DNA of 62,239 nt, counting the filler, from Sarea resinae (taxonomy: Eukaryota): assembly GCA_026026165.1 (NCBI GenBank). It is 3 parts of 3 records of this genome, joined end to end, with 100 filler letters (N's around TTAATTAATTAA, not from the genome) between each part and the next. Parts side by side here need not be neighbours in the genome. Positions count along the whole stretch, not along the records: positions 49,911 to 62,239 come from JAPEUD010000136.1; 2 more parts are not named here. The stretch is one strand, 5' to 3'. The notes beneath the pieces are model-generated. The model was not told the origin of the DNA and did no database searches. It saw nothing but the letters and a program-made list of their open reading frames with translations. The first letter of the stretch is position 1. Each line of letters opens with the position of its first letter. The position numbers were made by a program, and so were the translations under genes. Of this stretch, positions 58,847-62,239 are shown piece after piece.

Positions 58847-61110
58847 ATGAATGATCCCGGGCTCGATGGGCCAGTCCATCACAGTGCGAACGATGTAGAG
58901 GAAAACGACGCTGGGAAGGCAGAAGAAGAAGAAGAGCACGACTATCTGGAGCCGAGGTAAGTCACCCAGAAACGTTGATATCCGGTACCTGGCTGATGTC
59001 TGTCTGTAGTCGCTGGTGGTTTGCGTCGACGGCATTTCCTCTTATTGCTGGGACTTTTGGTCCTATGGCCAGCGCGTTCAATTTGTGCGCCTTGATCGGA
59101 CACTGGACAGAGATCGTACCGCCGAATGGGGTCCTAGATCAGGCTTCAAGTGTGCCAGATCCAAAATGGTGAGAAGGACGCCTTCGTTCTCCTGGGTTCC
59201 TCTGGGTTGCTGGCTTACATCCGTCATATAGGCTTATCGGCGTCAATGCGGTATCGCTTGTTCTCGCCGTCTTTGCCAATTTTGCTCTTCTCATGAACAT
59301 GGCTCGTCGTCTTCCCTTCGCGTTGGCACAGACTATCACCATCGTCGGATGGTATCTAGCGTCGATCATTCTCATTGGCCTGCTGGCCGCGGCCGAGGCT
59401 GATCTGAAGCTGCAGTCTCCGCCAAACCACGCACACGCGCAAGCATTCTACTATGCAATCATTGCAGCAGCGCTATACTTCCTCGTGGCTAGTCTGATGG
59501 TTGCCACTGTATTCGGGGCATACACAGGCTACGTTTCTAGGGAGTTTTCGCTCACTCTTAGCCAGCGGTCTCTTATGCTGCAAACAATCAGCTTCATGGT
59601 GTACCTTCTTTCCGGCGCTGCTGTATTTGCACATGTTGAGGATTGGATATACCTTGATGGAGTCTACTGGGCCGATTTTACCCTCTTAACGGTCGGCATT
59701 GGAGATTTTGCTCCCGCTACTCATCTTGGCAGGGGCTTGCTCTTCCCATATGCTATTGGTGGCGTCCTGATCCTCGGTTTGGTTATCGGCTCTATCCGCT
59801 CACTAATCCTTGAAAAGGGGAAGCGGAAGATGGGCGCTCGGATGATTGAGAAACATCGCAGACGGGCTCTCCGACAAATGAGCCAAGGCAAGGGCAACTC
59901 ATCGAGCAATACTAGCAGAGAACCAGTGAATTTTCTAGCAGACGGGCTTGAAGAAAAGGAAAAGCGGCGACGAGAGTTTAATCTCATGCGTCAGGTTCAA
60001 GCTAAAGGCAGCAAGCGGCGCAAATGGATGGCTCTATTGACATCCACCACCGCTGCGGGCATACTCTGGTTCATCGGCGCCGTCGTATTCTGGAAGTCGG
60101 AACAGAATCACGGTTGGAGCTACTTCCAAGCTCTCTACTTCGCGTACACTTCTCTTCTCACTATTGGATACGGTGACTACTACCCCGAAAGCAACGCCGG
60201 AAAACCCTTTTTGGTCTTCTGGTCCCTCCTTGCCGTCCCAACCCTCACGATCCTCATCAGCAACATGGGCGACACCATCGTCAAGTCTATTGCAGACATA
60301 ACTCTGTGGGTCGGCTCCTTCACTGTCCTACCGGGCGAAGGTGGCTTTTCTGCCGCGATCAAGACTACCGCCGCCCAAGCCACACGCGGCAAGCTTTTCA
60401 GTGGGACCCACCACATGGACGAACCCCCCGGTTTTATCGCCGAGAAGGAAGATAGTCCGAAACAAACAATGCACACGGGCGACGTCGAGAACCTTGCGGG
60501 CGAGATTGAGGAGGAAGAGCTCAGCGACGCGGAAGCGGCCGGCAATATCGGCGACAAGATGGCCCAAGACAGGCATTTTTACCACTACCTTCTCGTACGT
60601 GAGATAGTCAACGTCATGAAACATGTCAATTCTTCCCCGCCGCGTGAGTACACGTACGACGAATGGGCCTGGTTCCTGAAGCTACTGGGCGAGGACGAGG
60701 CGTCCCCCGATCGTCATTCCAGGCCGAGCGAAAAGGGCGAATTGCATCCTGACGGCGAAGGCCACGAGCAGGACCTGCGACACGCGGAGGAGGCCGATGG
60801 CGGCGGAGTGGTGAGTCAGTGGAGCTGGCTCGATCATAAATCCCCGCTCATGGGCACAAAGGAGGAAGCGGAGTGGGTTCTGGAGAGGCTGGCGCTTACG
60901 CTTGAAGAAGAGCTGAGGGAACAGCGCGAGGAGAAGATAAGGCGGGACAAGGGTGAGGATCCGCGGCGACCTCGAGCGACTGGGGCTGAGAGCTCTGGGT
61001 ATAGCACGGGCGATATCAGCATCTCAAGCGGGAGCGCAAAGCTCGGCAGTTTCAGTGCTAGCAAGAGAGGTCTAAAGCCCAAGAATGCCAAGAAGAGTGC
61101 GCGCTCTTGA
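58847..61110 (+). CDS. TOK1: TOK-type two-pore-domain outward-rectifier potassium channel, 3 exons
   Basis: MNDPGLD..EPS|RWWFASTAFPLIAGTFGP; pore loops LTVGIGD and LTIGYGD; multiple TM helices. Confidence 0.9.
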
Positions 61111-62239
61111 GACGGCATTTGAGATCATCATCGCCATCATCATCACCTTCCTCTCCATTTTCAATCAAGCCCTCTACGACGTTGACTTTCATACCGTTTC
61201 TCATCGGGATCGAACTCTTGAGGATGCCTTTACTTTGGACTCTGCAGTGGCTTTGGTCACGGTGCATACATACCACCACTTCCTCTTCATCCTACATTTG
61301 TGTCCATCTCTCCTTCTCAGCTACATCCTCCTTTACTCTCTAACAGTATCTCCATGGCATCTCGCACACGACATACGTGCTCACGATTTATATCAGCCCC
61401 TTTTCTTTTTCTTTCTCTCCTCACCGTCTCTTTTCCTCTCCGGCTGGTTACGAGCTTTGTGTCATATTTCAGACAAGTGCCGGATGGAAACAAGACGAAT
61501 GGGGGGAATGCATCCACGGACCAGTGACGATTGATATGGCGAGAGGAATACTGCACGGGAATGGGTCCGGTCTAGTTTGTTTTGGTTTGGTTTGGTTTGA
61601 GTCGGCTGGGTTGGACGGACAGGATAGGATGGGTTGGGGGCGGACGGGACAGGATAGGATAGGAAGGAGAGCAACCTTAAGTCTGTATCATAGCAAGGAA
61701 AGTAGAGGACATGTCGTCCATCTAGACTGCTAGCTACTCCGCTTAGACTTGGGAGTCGGATCAATACTGTTCTGCACAGCCACATGCTGAATAGCTATAC
61801 CAGCTATTATTCAGAGGAAGAAAAAAAAAACCGGGGAAATCGATCCAGGCTGAATGTCGCCGTGCACGTGTGTGTCTATGCTTCTCAAGGGATGTCTGAT
61901 AATAGGTAAGGTAAGCTACCTACTAGTAGGTAAGGTAGGCCAAACCAGTTTCCTTGCTTGTGCCTTGGAAATGTAAGGACTAATATAGAGGGTCTGGTAA
62001 ATCTAGTAGGCAAACCTGTTCCTCAGGTACCTTAAGTTATAAACACTAGGTACCTACTGTATCTTATAAAAAAAACCGAGAAAAAAAACTGTACTATAAC
62101 TTAGCGTATAATCTACTCCAGAGTACGGTACCTAGCCAAGATAAGGTGAGGTAGGTTTTACCTTATTTATATGCCTACCAAGGTATATAGCAAGCAGTGC
62201 TCCTCACACTCCCCCCTTTTCCCTCTTCAAGTATATGGC

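Noticed and set aside
61200..61280. B-box-like GAGTTCGATCCCG on the minus strand
   Set aside because: The flanks do not form a T-stem or acceptor stem; not a tRNA.

Overview
Gene-dense, intron-containing region of a filamentous ascomycete (Pezizomycotina-type) genome. It is built from at least three contigs joined by artificial 100-nt N/TTAATTAATTAA linkers (27078-27177, 49811-49910). It carries 16 host genes: an AT-hook protein, a CmcJ/AsaB-like oxygenase, a PDR-type ABC transporter, a PARP-like/UBE2Q-like E2 fusion, a putative tethering-complex subunit, a BTB-like protein, a TLC protein, PRO1, ATP23, Aurora kinase, TIP41, CBP3, TTI1, eIF5, THI6 and a TOK-type K+ channel, plus one uncharacterised gene with a retropepsin-like segment. 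The main accessory element is an intact, young Ty3/gypsy-type LTR retrotransposon on the minus strand (49911-58417) with a retrovirus-like layout: 203-bp LTR, tRNA PBS, AUG-free leader, gag-protease in one ORF, a -1 slippery site with stem-loop into RT-RNaseH-IN, and a 437-aa third ORF in the env position that looks nuclear rather than envelope-like. Other points of note are a host retropepsin-fold protein with Cys in place of the catalytic Asp, an ADP-ribosyltransferase/E2 fusion lacking the catalytic Glu, poor-context uORFs in the eIF5 leader and phased GTAC clusters in a divergent promoter. All calls come from reading motifs by eye; no searches were run.
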